Notes under the pieces: model-generated | The model's input: only the letters and a program-made list of their open reading frames with translations | Database searches by the model: none | What the model was told of the DNA's origin: nothing | Made by a program: the position numbers and the translations under genes | NCBI RefSeq assembly: GCF_009914755.1 | Contig: NC_060942.1 | Source of the DNA: the human T2T-CHM13v2.0 reference genome, Homo sapiens | DNA: 64,000 nucleotides | Strand: one strand, 5' to 3' | In this document: piece after piece, positions 38,501 through 51,660 of the stretch | How the letters are laid out: the number at the start of each line of letters is the position of its first letter | Numbering within the stretch: the first letter of the stretch is position 1

Positions 38501-41215
38501 GTAGCATCACAAGAACCCCCAGTTTCCAAGGCTGCAGGGGTTCAGCTGCAGGAAGTGGGAACCACACCCCTCTCCCACCCACACCCCTCCCCACCTTCAC
38601 ACCTGCACCCCTCCCGCCTGTTAAAGATCACTGTGTCTGTGTTCCGATGTGAGGCACCTCTCTGTACACGCGTGAACGTTGAAGCTGCTGAGGGACACAC
38701 TAACGTTCAACATAAACGAAACGCCCGAAGAACGCCCGCGTGAAACGTGAGCTCGGGCTGTGTCTAGAGCCTGGCTGAGATGAGACAGAAGGCGCAAGGT
38801 TCTGAGATGTGGATGCATCAAACATGAGCCAGTTCTCGATGCTGGAGCTGAACAACCTCCTTTTCTTAAGTCACGCGTCTGTTCTGGTGCCGTTTTTTAA
38901 AAACATCAGCGAAGCCTGTTTTGGTGTCGCTGCGCGGAAGCCACACTACGACGCCGGGGGTGAAGACTCCCACTCCGTTTGCCAGCGATCGCGCAGCGGG
39001 CAGGGCTCAGCGGGTGGGGCTGCACGGGTCTCGTCAGTGGTCGTTTCTGTGGCCGCCGTGACTGGCAGGCCAGCTGGGGCCTGGACGGCCGGCGTCTCCT
39101 TCTCCAGGTAATCAGGGCCCCTCTACGTGGCCTCCCGGGGCCCCTCTGGGGAGGCAGCCTGGCATCTCACAGGCGGCCGGGGCTCCCGGGAAGCAGAGAC
39201 GGGCTGTGCCAGGGCTCCTAGGCCCAGGCCTGGACCCAGTGCCGTGCCAGCCACCACCCCAGGGGCCCTGCCCTGGTTCGCAGGGAGACACACAGAAATG
39301 TGGGAGGCCGGGTGGCCTGCACGGTGGGAGCGAGTAGACAGAGCCCCTCCCGGAGGCCCCCAGCCCAGCACATCCAGAGCCCTCCCCTGAGAAACCCCAG
39401 ACAGCCAGGTTCGCCCCAAACCCAACATGGTGGGACCCCAGCTCGCCCCCCATCTCACGGCCGCCCCATCCCACGGCCGCCCCATCCTCTGGCCCTGGAT
39501 GTTACCACGTGGAGAAGACAGGCCTGTGGGCAGGCACTAGCCACACTGCAGGAGACGCAGGCTAGGTTTCCAGATTTCTCCACACAGCAGCAGGCGGAGG
39601 GCCTGCCTCCCACCTCACTGGGAGGGCCAGGACTCCAAATCTGGGCCAAATGTATGTTGTTATTTTTCAAATAAAGGGACCAAAGGCCCGGGCCTTTCCA
39701 AGGCTGCCCTGCCATGGGACCGTGACCGGTGTGGTTCCCAGGACTTCCACAAGCTCTGACAGGCACCTGGCCGTTGTTTTGGGAGGCTCCACCCAGCAGC
39801 CACAGAGCTTAGCTGGCAGCTGGCAGGACACTTGCAAGGACACGGAACTGTCACGGAACCACCGTGGCTTTGGGCTGTCACGGAACCACCGTGGCCTTGG
39901 CAGCTGCTGGTCCTATGCCGGGACACACACATTCACCGCGGCGAGTGTGGGGTGCATGTCCCCAGGCAGAGGCCATGTCATCCAGGTGCAGGAAGCGCCA
40001 GGCAAGGACCCTCCTGTCCGCCCAGAGAGCCGGGTCAGAGGAGTCCCCAGGCCTGAAGCCACTCCCTCCGGGCTCACCTTCAGGTTCCTTCAAGGCCAGG
40101 GGGAGGTTCACCCACCCCAGGGTGTCGCGGAAGCCCCGAGGCCCCTGCAGGCCCCGATTTCCCCAGTGAGGCATCAGTGCCCGCTGGCCACCCTGCCCCT
40201 CTCCTCCTCCAGCTGCCCCTGCTCCTTGTTTTCCTAGGGTCTGGTTCTTTCTCGCGGGCGGGGAGGAGGTGAGGGTCAGGGCCCCTGTAAGGCAGACTAG
40301 TGGCACTGCCCCTTTCGGCCCTTGCTGTCCCTCCTCTGTCCCTTGTGGAAGGTCTCGGCCTGGGGCAGAGGAGCGGGCCGAGGAGGAAGGTGGAGTCCAG
40401 GTGGGTGGTGGGGTCTGTGTTCTGTTTTAGTCGTGCGGGATGTAGGCCGAGGGAGATGGACCCGGGGGATGGCTGCCTCTGTGGCATCTCCGTGGTGTGC
40501 CCTCTGACGGGGCTGGGTGAGCAAGGAGGACACAGCTGGGAATTCCCAGCTCCAGCGTCCGCGGCACGGGCAGCCTCCCTGTGTGGAGCAGCTCAGCTGT
40601 CACCTCCTGAAGATGTTGGATGCTGGCCCCGAAGGCAGCATCGCAATGACAACACCTTCAGAGGTGTCCATCCCAACAGTTTAAAGGCCAAATGCAGATC
40701 TTTCAGATTTGTGTTTTCAGGGAGAAGGTGACATTGCTGGGCGCCTGTGAGTGTGGACAGACATCACTGTCGCCGTGTGCTCCGAGAGAGGAGAGTTGGG
40801 GCTGCTTTGTCACCACATGGCGTCTTTGGGAGCAGGACAGGTGGCCGGGCTGAACCCCCAGGCTTCTCTGTTTGCTCCCAGAGACCACACAGGGAAGGCA
40901 AGGAGGGCAGCGCCCGGGGAAGAGACACCTGCCCGTGTCTTCCTCATGCCCTGAGGATGGCTCAGTGGCCCAGATGGTCCAGGACCCCTAGAATTGAGTG
41001 ATGACCCCACAGTTCTCATCAAGCCGCATTCTGGATAGCGCTAGGGGCGACTCTCAGACTCCCCCTGCCTGGGCCCCGCTGGTGTGGGGAGGCCACGCGT
41101 CACGTCAGTCCCCACTGCAGGAGGAGGGGCCGGGCTTCTGGCTCCCCTCCCTCCTCTCCCTTCTCAGGCCTTTTGGGATCATACACGACAAAGTCACCCA
41201 TGGTCATGTTGGCTA

Positions 41216-41860
41216 GTTTCTTTTTTATATCAGCTTTATCGAAATATGATCTATACACCATTTAATTCACTCAAAGTGTATAATTCGGTGGGTTTTGGTG
41301 GCTTCACATAATTATGCGGCCACCACCAATTTCAGAACATTTTCTTGTCCCCAGAAAGAAACCCTTGCCCATGAGTGGCCACCCCTGCTCTCCCTTCCCC
41401 CACCCCGGCTCCGACAACCCCAATGCCCCCTCGCCGTGGCCTCGCCTGGTCTGGCTGCTCCCTGCTGGCCTGCTGGGGAACCCCATCCTGCCGGCTGTGG
41501 TGCCTGGCAGCTTCTGTGGAGCGTGGCATCCTCCATGTTCCCTCGTTGGTGTGGGTCAGGGCGTAGGGTCCTCAGGTCCCCTCGTTGGCACAGGTCGGGA
41601 CGTGGGGTCTTTCTGTGGCTGAGGGAAGCCCACCGTGTGGCTGCCCACACCTGTCTGTCGATGGCACTAGGCCACGTCCACCCTGTGGAGATGATCGTGG
41701 AAAAGCCGCCATGAACCTCAGTGCGTGAGTCCTGTGTGGACGCCTGCCTGTCTCCTGAGCACATGCCTCGGTGTGAAAGGGCTGTGGGTCACAGGGTGGC
41801 TCCGTGTGAGGCCCTGCAGGCAGATGTGCAGCAGGGCTGGGTGGCTGTTTCCCCTCCAGA
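41216..41860 (-). mobile_element. Old L1 (L1MB-like) 3' end, antisense, heavily diverged
   Basis: tttttttatatcagctttatcgaaatat...aaagtgtataattcggtgggttttgg...tttcagaacattttc..ccccagaaagaaaccc resembles the L1MB 3' terminus from memory; distal boundary uncertain. Confidence 0.65.
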
Positions 41861-44800
41861 ATCTCCTCTGGGAGCCAGGCTGGGACAGACTCCTGGGGGA
41901 GAGCCGGGGATGGATGAGACGCCCCAGGGACGCTCGCTTCTGGGCATGAGGATGCTGTGGGGTGCACGGCACGAGGACGCCGCGGGGAGCAGGGCACGAG
42001 GATGCTTTGGGGAGCAGGGCAGGAGACGCCGTGGGGAGCAGGGCTCGAGGGCACCGTGGGACCCAGGGACGCTGCTGCTTCCACCAGCGGCCCTCGTGGC
42101 TTTCTTTGTGGAAACAGTGGCTCAGCATCAGCACCGGCGTGGGGGTGGCCCGGCTCCGGGCGGCGGGTCCTGGCCGGTCTGGGAGGCTCCTGGGCCCGCA
42201 GGCCTGCCTGTGTGGAAACCTCGCGGGTGTGGCAGGGAAGCCTCCCGATGACTCAGACTGCAGGGAATTCCCTAATGATCTGGAATATTTTTACTCCTGC
42301 ACTCGGGCAGTTTCCTACTAAGGACTCGGAGCTCTGATAAGGCTGAACACAAAGGCCCTTTCAGGACCGGCTGCCTTCCTTCCTGCCAGGGGCTGAGTTT
42401 TGAACAGCACGGGGGCCGGCGCTGCCCGTCCGGGCCTCCACGGAGCTGGGAGCCGCCATGGCGATGCTCTTGCCGGCGGGACGCGGCCCTGCGTCTCCTT
42501 TCCTGAGATGCGAGGTTATTTCCATCTTTCAGCAGTCTCGGCGCTTTGTCTTGTTCTGGAAGCAATTGCTAGATAGACATTTCTGGCCGTGAATACTATT
42601 GCTTTTGAAAGACAATTACTTTATGATCCTTAAGCAGAAACAGAAAGCCTGCCCTCACCCTCACCCTGGTCGACCTGAAACGGCCACAGACGTCGGACAC
42701 CACGGGGAGAGGCCCCACCTCCAAGAGGGAAGGCCACAGGCGCTGGCTCAGCCGGGGTCTTTGAGGAAGGCAGGGATGTTTGTCGGTTCCCCGCACTTTT
42801 AGGGGAAGTCTAAGCGTATCTGCTCCCACCTGCGCAGGAATTGCAGGGTGCGGGTGCTCCCAGGTGTGCGGTGGAGGCTGCTCCATGGCAGCTGCTGAGC
42901 TGGGCCTGGCTGGCCACGCAGACGTGGCTCCCCTTGGGGCCGCTCCGGCAAGGATGGTTCCCCACAGGCCCACGAGGCACGGGTGGGAAAAGACGCCTCC
43001 ATGCCGTCGTTCCATTTGCTTTTCATGGACTCACCGCTGCGGGGCAGCCACCTGGAGGAGGCCGCGGGGGAGACGGCTGGAGTCCCTCTTGCTTCTCGGG
43101 ACATAAAGAGAGGAGCAGGCTGTGTTGGCCTCGGCTGCAAAAATGGCGTCCCCTCGGGGTGTCATTAAACGCGACATCCTGGCCCCGTGTGCGCCTCAGT
43201 GTCCCTCCTGCTCAGCACAGTCACTGAACCTCCCTCCCCTTGCCAGTGCCAAAGGCCTCCACAGCGTCAGGGAAGTTCCTAGGGAAGCTGAAGTTGTGAC
43301 TCTGAGCTTCCTGGGCTGGGCGGGAAGCAAACTATAGCCTGTTGCGCCCGGGAGCTTCAGAGGACCACAGCCTTTTGTGGGGTGTGGACGGGGCCTCACC
43401 CCAAAGATGGACTTTGTCATAAGAAAAGTTCAAAAGTCATTTTCAAAAGGTGCCAAACAACCAGAAGACTTAGTTACACACAGAGTGATTTGGATTTTTA
43501 TGAAGTGGGGGTGGAGGGGCTTCTGAGTGGTGCATCTGGGCTGGGGGCTTCTGGGAATCCTGTGGCATCAGCACCTGTGCTGGAGTGAAAACGCCTCTTT
43601 CTTCCCAGCTCCTGAGCTTTCCAGGGCCTGGAGGACTTGCTGCTTCATGAAACTCAGATGGCTTCAAGCGCAACTGAGTGTACTTTTTAGTTTCCTGTAA
43701 TTTTTTTCCTAGAGGAGAGAGGGATGCCAGGCTCTATCGAGTGGGTTCATCTGGTGGGTAATTTGCGTGGGGACCTCGGGCCTCCCGGGCTGGCATGGCC
43801 AGGGCTTGGCTGGGCGGCTCTGGGGTCCTGTGTGACTCACATTTCCTCTCCACCCTCCACCCAGGCAGCAGCCCGGCACTGTAACAGAGAAAAAGGAGAT
43901 TTTGTCTGATTTATCAGTAATTGAGGGTTTGTAACAGACACACATTTTCTTCTTTGGAGACAGAGCATAAGGATAAACTTAAGTGTGTATACCTGTAACT
44001 GTTCATTTTGGGAACAGACTTTATTTTGGAGAAGATAAAAGGCAGGAAGAGACTCTGTAGGAGATTGACATCTGTTAATTTGAGATAATTGCCCCAAACT
44101 CAGCCCATCTGAGGGGCCAGGCCGTGCACACACCCAGGCTGTGGTGGGGCCGCCTTGTCCGTGTGCGCCTGGAGCCCCCACTCTGCCAGGCCTGGAGCAG
44201 AGAGCACAACGCGTCCTTTCACTACACCTCTGGGAGCCTTTTTATTTTTTAAAAACATGCAAATGGCCACTGGGGAAATGCCAAAAATACCTCGTGTTTT
44301 GCATTTCTGTCTCCTGATGGGCAAGAAGTTGTCAGAGGAAGGCTCTTCTCATTTACCCAGTGGTTCCTTTGCACACAGGCAGGGCCAGCGGCCAGGCCCT
44401 CATCCACCAGAGTAGACCCCAGCACGAGCAGGCGTCGCACCCTGGCGTGGAGCCCCCGGCCCCCCGTCACTACTCTCACACCTCCTGCATCCCTGGGAGG
44501 CTGGGCTGGGAACTGCAGAGCCGGGTCCCAGGTCCACGCACAGACGCCCTGCACACGCTCTGCTGATGGGGTACCTGCTCCCCCTCACACCTGCTCTCCC
44601 TGGAGAGGACGAGGGCATAGAGACCCTCCCGTGACCTGTCCTGAGGCTGTGAGAGGCCAGCAGATGCAGGGCCAGGACGGATTCCTGAGGATGCCCCTGC
44701 CCTGTAGTCCCTCCTACGCCGGGCTGGGGTCAGAACAAGCCCTGAGCCGCGTGTCCTCAGCTTCTCCAGGCTCCCAGGGCAACTTTGGTGTCGAGCTCGG

Positions 44801-44987
44801 GGCCCTGCCAGGGCACGTGGCTCCTGAGGTGCTGCCCTCGACAAAGCCCTGGGATGGGCCTACGTGGGTCTCCTGGGACAAGGCGCCCTCCTGGCTCAGG
44901 GCCCTGGGTCTGGATCACGTGGGGGTGTCTGGGGAGGGGGCTCCCCACCACACAGAGTCACAGACGTTTCCTGCTCCTTTCTTCCAG

Positions 44988-45043
44988 ATGGCCACCATGT
45001 CTGGGAGATGGAAGCGAAAACTGACCGGGACCTGTGCAAGCCG
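44988..45043 (+). CDS. NFATC1: NFATC1 coding exon (exon 7): (D)GHHVWEMEAKTDRDLCKP
   Basis: Acceptor ctttcttccag|, donor CCG|gtgagt; 56 bp; phase-consistent with exons 6 and 8. Confidence 0.96.
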
Positions 45044-45779
45044 GTGAGTGCCTTTGGCGCAGCTGGAGCTACTGTGGGTCCCCAGGGCTTGGGAGGCTGG
45101 GGTCTGCTGGAGCCACTGCGGGTCCCCAGGCCTTGGGAGGCTGGGGTTCCTGTTTCTTAGAATGAAACAAATAAAAATAGTGCATAGAGTAACAGAACCA
45201 GTAACAAACAGGATCACCAAGTACTCGCCAAAGCACCATGTGCTGTCACCCAACGTGTCAGGTCACGTCAGAGCCCTGGCGGCCGGGGACGGTGCTGGAC
45301 AGGCTGAGGGCCACCTCACACACCCTGGCGCTGAGACAGCCCAGGGAAGGTCGTCTCACACGGACCCTCCCGCCCTTTGCTGTCCCCTTGCTGTCACCAT
45401 CACCTGGCACAGAGCAGGCTCCTGGGAGTCAGTGCTGTGCTGAGTTCCCGGGGGGTGGTCAGCACCTGCCCAGACCCGCTCACAGCACCGAGGGCAGGGC
45501 TCTGCGGCATCCCCAGTGGGGACTCCTCACCCCGTCCTCCGAGGCCACTGATTGCGCCGACCTCCCCTGTGATGGTGTCCCAAGCACAAGAGCCTGGGCG
45601 TGGCTCCTGGACTCGCGATTGGCCACAGCCTGTTAGCGGGCGGTGCATGTGTGCGGGGTCGTGGCAGACGCGTGGCTGGGTCACACTTCTGCTGTCACCG
45701 GGCCGTTTCCAACTCCCCCAGTCACCTGCCACAGCTTCCCTGGCACCGCGTGCATACAGCCGGTGCCTGAGGATAATGA

Positions 45780-46350
45780 CCGTCCTCGGATTGGAGATGA
45801 CCTTTTGTGTGGATGGCTGTAGCTGCTCCCACATCTCCTGCACGGCACCGGTTGCTGCGTGCATCTCTCCCATCCCTGCGCTTCTGATCCATGTGCTCAT
45901 GTTTAAAGTGGTTTCTTGGAGGCAACGTCTTCTTGGGTGGTGTCTTGGATCCTCTCTGACGCTGTCTTGTAATTGGCACATGGAGACCATTGATGTTTAG
46001 GTCTTTAGTTTTGTTTGTTTTTGTTTTTTTGAAACAGAGTTTCGTTCTTGTTGCCCAGGCTGGAGTGCAGTGGCGTGATCTCGGCTCACTGCAACCTCCA
46101 CCTCCCGAGTAGCTGGGATTACAGGCATGCACCACCACGCCCGGCTAATTTTGTAATTTTAGTAGAGATGGGGTTTTGCCATGTTGGCCAAGCAGGTCTG
46201 GAACTCCCAACCTCAGGTGATCCGCCCGCCTCGGCCTCCCAAAGTGCTGGGATTACAGGCATGAGCCACCGTGCCCGGCCTGATGTTCACTTATTATTGA
46301 TACAGTTGGATTGATCCCTACGTTGGATTTTTTGAGTGTTCTGTTTAGTC
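45780..46350 (-). mobile_element. Old L1M internal fragment interrupted by an Alu
   Basis: tttaaagtggtttcttggaggca...ctctgac...taattgg...agaccatt [Alu] ttattgatacagttggatt resembles antisense L1M sequence. Confidence 0.5.
46003..46280 (-). mobile_element. Alu (AluS-like), antisense, with a ~32-bp microhomology-bounded internal deletion
   Basis: ctgcaacctccacctcccgagtagct lacks the ggttcaagcgattctcctgcctca segment; tgatgtt flanks both sides (45991, 46281). Confidence 0.93.
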
Positions 46351-47758
46351 CTATAAAAGCAGTAGAAATCTCTAGGCCAACATAAGATGCCACATGGCTC
46401 ACAAGGGAGTTTTGAAGACATGAACATGCTTCTGAGCTCAGCAGTGTGTGTCCCTGCGGGTCAGGGAAGTCTTGTGCACCCACTCAGTGTGTGTCCCTGC
46501 GGGTCGGGGAGTCTTGTGCACCCACTCAGTGTGTGCAGTTGGAAGCTGGTCCCTTCAGAAACCTCAGGGAAGAGCCCATCTCGGGCGGCTGGAGGCAGGT
46601 GGACAGGACACCGGGGAGGAGTCTTGAGGTCGTCTCCTGTTGGTGGGACGATCGGTGGCCTCCATGGAGAGCGGTGCTGGCACCTTCACTCCCTGTCCCA
46701 AGAGGTGGCTCTGTCAGAAAGCAGCGTCTTCCACCCTGCGACTTCAGCGCCCTTCCCCCAAGGACCCATCCCCTTCCCAGAACCTTTTCCAAGTGGTTAT
46801 CAGATGGAAAAGGTTCCTCCCTGGCCCTGGGTGAAGTGAGCTCACCTGCACCTTCAGTGGTGCTCAGGCCTCCCCTGAAGCTCCTGGCACTCACAGGGTT
46901 CCAGTTCAATGCTGTCGCTTTTCTTGCCTTCACCTGAGAAGCCCCTTGAGGAAAGCTGGAGGCCCCAGGGCAGGCCAGTGTTCAGAGGAAGGAGTCCCGG
47001 CCTACACGGCCCGTTGTCCGCAGAGCCAGTGAGTCAGGGTGCTCAGAAGGGTCCTGGGAACGGCCAGCCACAGGCAAAGGCAGCTGGAGCTGCTGTACCG
47101 GCCTCTCCTCCCCGCAGCCTGTTCCCGTGTCCATACCGGCCTCTCCTCCCCACAGCCCGTTCCCGTGTCCATACCGGCCTCTCTTCCCCACGGCCATTTC
47201 CTGTGCCCATAAGGTCTGTGGCTCCCCGCTGGCCGGGCGTTTGCAACTGCCCAGGGGGCTGGCAGCCTTCGTCCATGGGGTCATTGCCAGGCCTCCCCAC
47301 CTACTGGGTGTCTGATTCGTTCCTCCCCACTGGGCTGCCCTTGCTCTGCTGTGCGTCTGTGCTGGGTACACTGACATCTGGCTCTCCGTCCCTCTGCCTG
47401 CAGGCAGTGTACCCTGGTGCCTGGCCTCGTGCTGCCTACCCTCCCTAGCCCTGGCTCCGTCGGGGTCTCCACAGGCTTCGCCAGCCCCGCACATGCACGC
47501 GGGTTGCGGGATGCAGGATGCCGGAGCTGGGCTGCCCAGCCGCTGGCCTGCCCTGTCCCCCTAGGCAGGGAGAGCAGCCAGGAGGAGCCGTGAGCCTTTC
47601 TGCACTGAAAACAATCCCAGCCAAGCTGACATCCACATTCTCTGTGATTTTCTGTTTTACTTTTGACACTGGCATATTTCGAGGGAAGCTTAACAGCTGT
47701 ATGTTTTAAAAGAAACTTAAGAGCACATGTGAAAAATTGTGTACTTCAAGTTTACTGG

Positions 47759-48093
<335 letters not shown>

Positions 48094-48119
48094 TAAATGG
48101 AGTTTGCTTTAATATATAT

Positions 48120-48270
48120 ATTTTCTCATCATAAAGGAACTTCATACTCATCGTGGACATTTGGACAATATAAAAAAGGAAATAAAACCTAGTGTAGTCT
48201 CACCAACTGAGACATAACCACTGCTGGCATTGGGCATGCGTCCTGCTCCATTTGCTGCTGTGTGTGGATG
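48120..48270 (-). mobile_element. Old L1ME-like 3' fragment
   Basis: cataaagg..catactcatcgtggacatttggacaatataaaaaaggaaataaaa...gacataaccactgct resembles the L1ME4 3' end from memory. Confidence 0.5.
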
Positions 48271-48279
48271 TTCACGCAG

Positions 48280-48383
48280 ACACACACACACACACAGAGT
48301 ACATTATATTGTGGATATATGTGTTTGTGTGTGTGTGTGTGTGTGTGTATATGTATGTGTATATATATATATTTATTTATTTA

Positions 48384-48385
<2 letters not shown>
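48280..48385. repeat. Compound microsatellite (AC)n, (TG)n, (TA)n, (ATTT)n
   Basis: Directly visible. Confidence 0.9.
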
Positions 48386-48693
<308 letters not shown>

Positions 48694-49036
48694 TGAACAA
48701 AATGGGATGTGCTGTGTCTACGGTTTTTGTACTTTCTATAAGTAAGTGTATGAGCTTCATCTCAACAGTGGAGTTTAAAGCAGGTTGCGTAGGTGCTGGT
48801 GCCATTTGGAACCCGTATTTTTTCCGGTACAGACGAGTTTCCCTCTCCCTTCCTGTTCTTCCGTGTTTCTTCTTTATCGCTTCCTTCTGTGTGTATTTAA
48901 GTGGCAGTGCTCCCACGGAGATAGTATTTTTGTCATATAATTTGTCTATTTAGAGAGTTGAAGTGGGTTGGCCTGTGCCCACATCAACATAGGCCCTTCC
49001 AGTCAGGTAGGACTTAGGAAAACTGGCATGCACCGT

Positions 49037-49270
49037 CCAGCATGCCCCACAGGGTCCCACCTCCACCCATCCAGCCTGCCTCACGGGGTCCCCGCCTCCA
49101 CCCAGTCTGGCCCACAAGGTCCCGCCTCCGCCCAGCCAGCCTGGCCCACGGAATCTCCGCCTCTGCCCAGCCAGCCTGGCCCATGTGGTCCCCGCCTCCA
49201 CCCATCCAGCCTGTCCCACAGGGTCCCCGCCTCCACCCCAGCCTGTCCCGTGGGGTCCCCGCCTCCCCAC
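49037..49270. repeat. C-rich minisatellite, about 33-38-bp unit (CCAGCCTG.CCCAC.GGGTCCCCGCCTCCACCCAT), about 6 copies
   Basis: Imperfect tandem units visible. Confidence 0.88.
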
Positions 49271-50970
49271 TCCTCGCTGCTGCCTGTGAGTGCCTCCCGG
49301 CCCGTTACTATTTCAGTCTCGGCTTCCATGAGACGTTTCCTTCTTGTCTCTTCCCTCAGCTGCTTCTGCTCTAAAGACCCACCTGGTGTAGCTGCTGACT
49401 CCATCGCAGCTGCCCTGAGCACTGCTGAATTCAGAAAACAGCCTTGGAGGAAGCGTCTCTTTATCCCCCGTACAAATGCCGAGACAGGCTCCGGGTGGCC
49501 AGAGCTTCCCGGGTCAGCCCAGGAGATGGCCCAGACCCACAGTGCTCTGGGGGCAGCCCAGGCCCCGCCCACTGACAGCACTCATGGCCCCTCCGGCGGC
49601 AGCTTCAGCTCCCCTGGGGCAGCTCTGATGCGGGGCAAAGGCAGGAAGACGCCCATGTGCCATGGCTTCTGCTTCTTCCCAATGAACTGCAGTTAATTAA
49701 ACAACACAGACCTGCTGCCAGGAGAAAGTGTGGCCCCTGGGCACAGGGCCCAGTGGGGTGGGGAGCAGGGGTGCGGGGAGGGCATGGCCCCTCTGCATGG
49801 GTGTCTGGGCCTCAGCTGTTTCATTATTTGTAAATGAAAGAGCCTGGACCTCAAGTTGTCTTCAGTTTTCTGTCTTTAACACTCTTAAGATTTCATTGTT
49901 AATGTGATTCAATCAATTTGGCTAAGTTAGGTGCTGAGCTATAATTAATTATTTTAACAAAAGAAGTAATACAATGGATTTTTCTCCTGCTTGTTAAACT
50001 AAGTCATATGATTATAAAAATGAAACTTTATAGATGCGACTCCCGCCAACCCTCTCCCCAGATACCAAGTGCCGCCCTCGGCAGGGATGCCTGCATCACC
50101 CCAGTCATTTAGGGTCATCAGGGGCCCGAGTAACGCTGGGGCCTGAGCACGCGGTTGGGGTCTCCGTGTCCCAGCCCCCCACCCAGCCCCGACCTCTGCG
50201 AACAGCGCCACACGTCCCATGGCTTGTGTTTCATGTGTATACTTGAAGGAGCATGAGTTTCGTAAACATGCTGCTGGCTGTTACATTAAAAACATGAGAA
50301 GGTAACGGCAGCCTCCACACGCCGCCCTCTGCTGTCTGTGCCTCCGTGCCCTTGGCTGTTCCCACCCCGGGGTCTGCGGGGGTCAGGGCCTGCCTCCTCT
50401 TCCTCAGTTGGAGTGAATTTGGGGTCTGACTGAGGGCCTCGGCCATCGTCAAATGTGACAAACACAGGCCCTCCCCAGAGACCGCGTCTCCAGGAAGCAC
50501 CTGCTCCTCTGGGTTTCGCTGCAGTCACCTGAGCAGGTGCTGGGCCACCGAGCACTTCCATCACACAGTGGCTGGCGGCGGAGCCTTGGGTCGTTTTCTG
50601 AAGGTCACCAACCCTTTGGCATCAGAGCAGGCAGAGCCTTTTGCATCCCCGCCAGTCCCCTTGCCCAGGTGGCCCCGGGCAACCTCCACCCTCAGGCACC
50701 CGGTCCCAGTTCTGTTTACAGCTTCTCTTTTCCTGGCTTCTTTCCCCATATTGACAAGATTTCAGTCTTAGGTTGGTCTTGTCTGCTGTGCTGCTCTGAG
50801 GAAGCCTCTCGGCTCCTGGGTGTGCAAGAAGCCAAGGGCAGCCCCTTCCCTGTGAGCGTGCGTGTCCACACGCGTGTGCAGGTGGCACAGAGCATCCAGG
50901 GCTGTCATCAGCTGCTTCTGGACCGCCCAGGTGGCTGCTTGGGAGTTTACCGTCACGGCAGTCCTGTGCT

Positions 50971-51067
50971 GCCGTGGAAACGCGGGGTTGCCGTGTGGCC
51001 GCCGTGGAAACGCGGGGTTGCCGTGTGGCCGCCGTGGAAACGCGGGGTTGCCGTGTGGCCGCCGTGG
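50971..51067. repeat. 30-bp perfect tandem repeat (GCCGTGGAAACGCGGGGTTGCCGTGTGGCC) x3 plus a partial copy
   Basis: Identical units at 50971, 51001 and 51031. Confidence 0.97.
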
Positions 51068-51126
51068 CGCGGCAGCCATCGCCTGCCCGGTGCTGATTGT
51101 GCCTCCTGTGTGCCCTTCTCCTGTAG

Positions 51127-51259
51127 AATTCTCTGGTGGTTGAGATCCCGCCATTTCGGAATCAGAGGATAACCAGCCCCGTTCACGTCAGTTTCTACGT
51201 CTGCAACGGGAAGAGAAAGCGAAGCCAGTACCAGCGTTTCACCTACCTTCCCGCCAACG
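51127..51259 (+). CDS. NFATC1: NFATC1 coding exon (exon 8, spliced form used by long isoforms): [44 protein letters not shown]
   Basis: Acceptor ttctcctgtag|, donor AACG|gtaacg; 133 bp. Contains the basic KRKR nuclear localisation motif and the end of the IPT domain. Confidence 0.96.
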
Positions 51260-51318
51260 GTAACGCCATCTTTCTAACCGTAAGCCGTGAACATGAGCGC
51301 GTGGGGTGCTTTTTCTAA
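51260..51318 (+). CDS. NFATC1: Read-through extension of exon 8 encoding the short isoform-A C-terminus (G)[18 protein letters not shown]
   Basis: Frame stays open past the donor to TAA at 51316-51318; the peptide matches my recollection of the NFATc1/A C-terminus. Confidence 0.9.
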
Positions 51319-51654
51319 AGACGCAGAAACGACGTCGCCGTAAAGCAGCGTGGCGTGTTGCACATTTAACTGTGTGATGTCCCGTTAGTGAGACCGAGCC
51401 ATCGATGCCCTGAAAAGGAAAGGAAAAGGGAAGCTTCGGATGCATTTTCCTTGATCCCTGTTGGGGGTGGGGGGCGGGGGTTGCATACTCAGATAGTCAC
51501 GGTTATTTTGCTTCTTGCGAATGTATAACAGCCAAGGGGAAAACATGGCTCTTCTGCTCCAAAAAACTGAGGGGGTCCTGGTGTGCATTTGCACCCTAAA
51601 GCTGCTTACGGTGAAAAGGCAAATAGGTATAGCTATTTTGCAGGCACCTTTAGG

Positions 51655-51660
51655 AATAAA
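51655..51660 (+). terminator. Proximal polyadenylation signal (AATAAA) for the short isoform A
   Basis: First canonical AATAAA about 340 nt after the stop, followed by U/GU-rich sequence (ctttgctttt...tgatgtggtcttt). Confidence 0.75.
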
